Of a stretch of DNA of 64,000 bases, positions 63,946 to 64,000 are shown piece after piece. The translations under genes and the position numbers were made by a program. The DNA is taken from the NCBI GenBank assembly GCA_051362555.1, contig CM120642.1, positions 27,404,001-27,468,000 on the forward strand, written 5' to 3'. How positions within the stretch are numbered: position 1 is the stretch's first letter; each line of letters begins with the position of its first letter. The stretch is from Lingula anatina (taxonomy: Eukaryota > Animalia > Brachiopoda). The notes beneath the pieces are model-generated. The model ran no database searches. It had not been told where the DNA came from and worked only from the letters and a program-made list of their open reading frames with translations.

Positions 63946-64000
63946 GAACTATGGTATTGAAGATAGCCATCTAATAGCTATTCAGTTGGAGGACCTTTTT
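63946..64000 (+). other. Possible exon of a downstream gene running out of the window
   Basis: Strong polypyrimidine tract plus CAG acceptor (TTTTTCTTGTTTTTACAG) at 63945, followed by one open frame (NYGIEDSHLIAIQLEDL). A candidate upstream non-coding exon donor (GTG|GTAAGT) lies at 60657/60658 in a CpG-rich segment. Confidence 0.3.

Overview
Eukaryotic, AT-rich, intron-containing animal DNA. The gene content suggests a marine invertebrate, probably a lophotrochozoan (inference). Positions 1-51 kb are gene-dense. A Crumbs-like EGF/LamG transmembrane gene (+, 21 exons visible, 5' end outside the window) hosts two antisense genes with single-exon CDSs: a RING-Bbox-CC-NHL TRIM and a LicD/fukutin-family transferase. 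These are followed by TTC19 (-), a TDRD5-like gene with four LOTUS domains (+), GEMIN8 (-), UTP18 (-) and CCDC149 (+), with two head-to-head pairs. Positions 52-64 kb are largely non-coding and richer in CpG. Many small non-autonomous DNA transposons can be delimited by TIR/TSD (PIF/Harbinger-like, IS3EU-like, Mutator/foldback-like, a P-type footprint, a Helentron-like end). The most unusual observation is that the two unrelated nested genes appear to share a homologous, collinear upstream non-coding cassette that includes a splice donor. All calls were made by eye from the sequence and ORF track; no searches were run.
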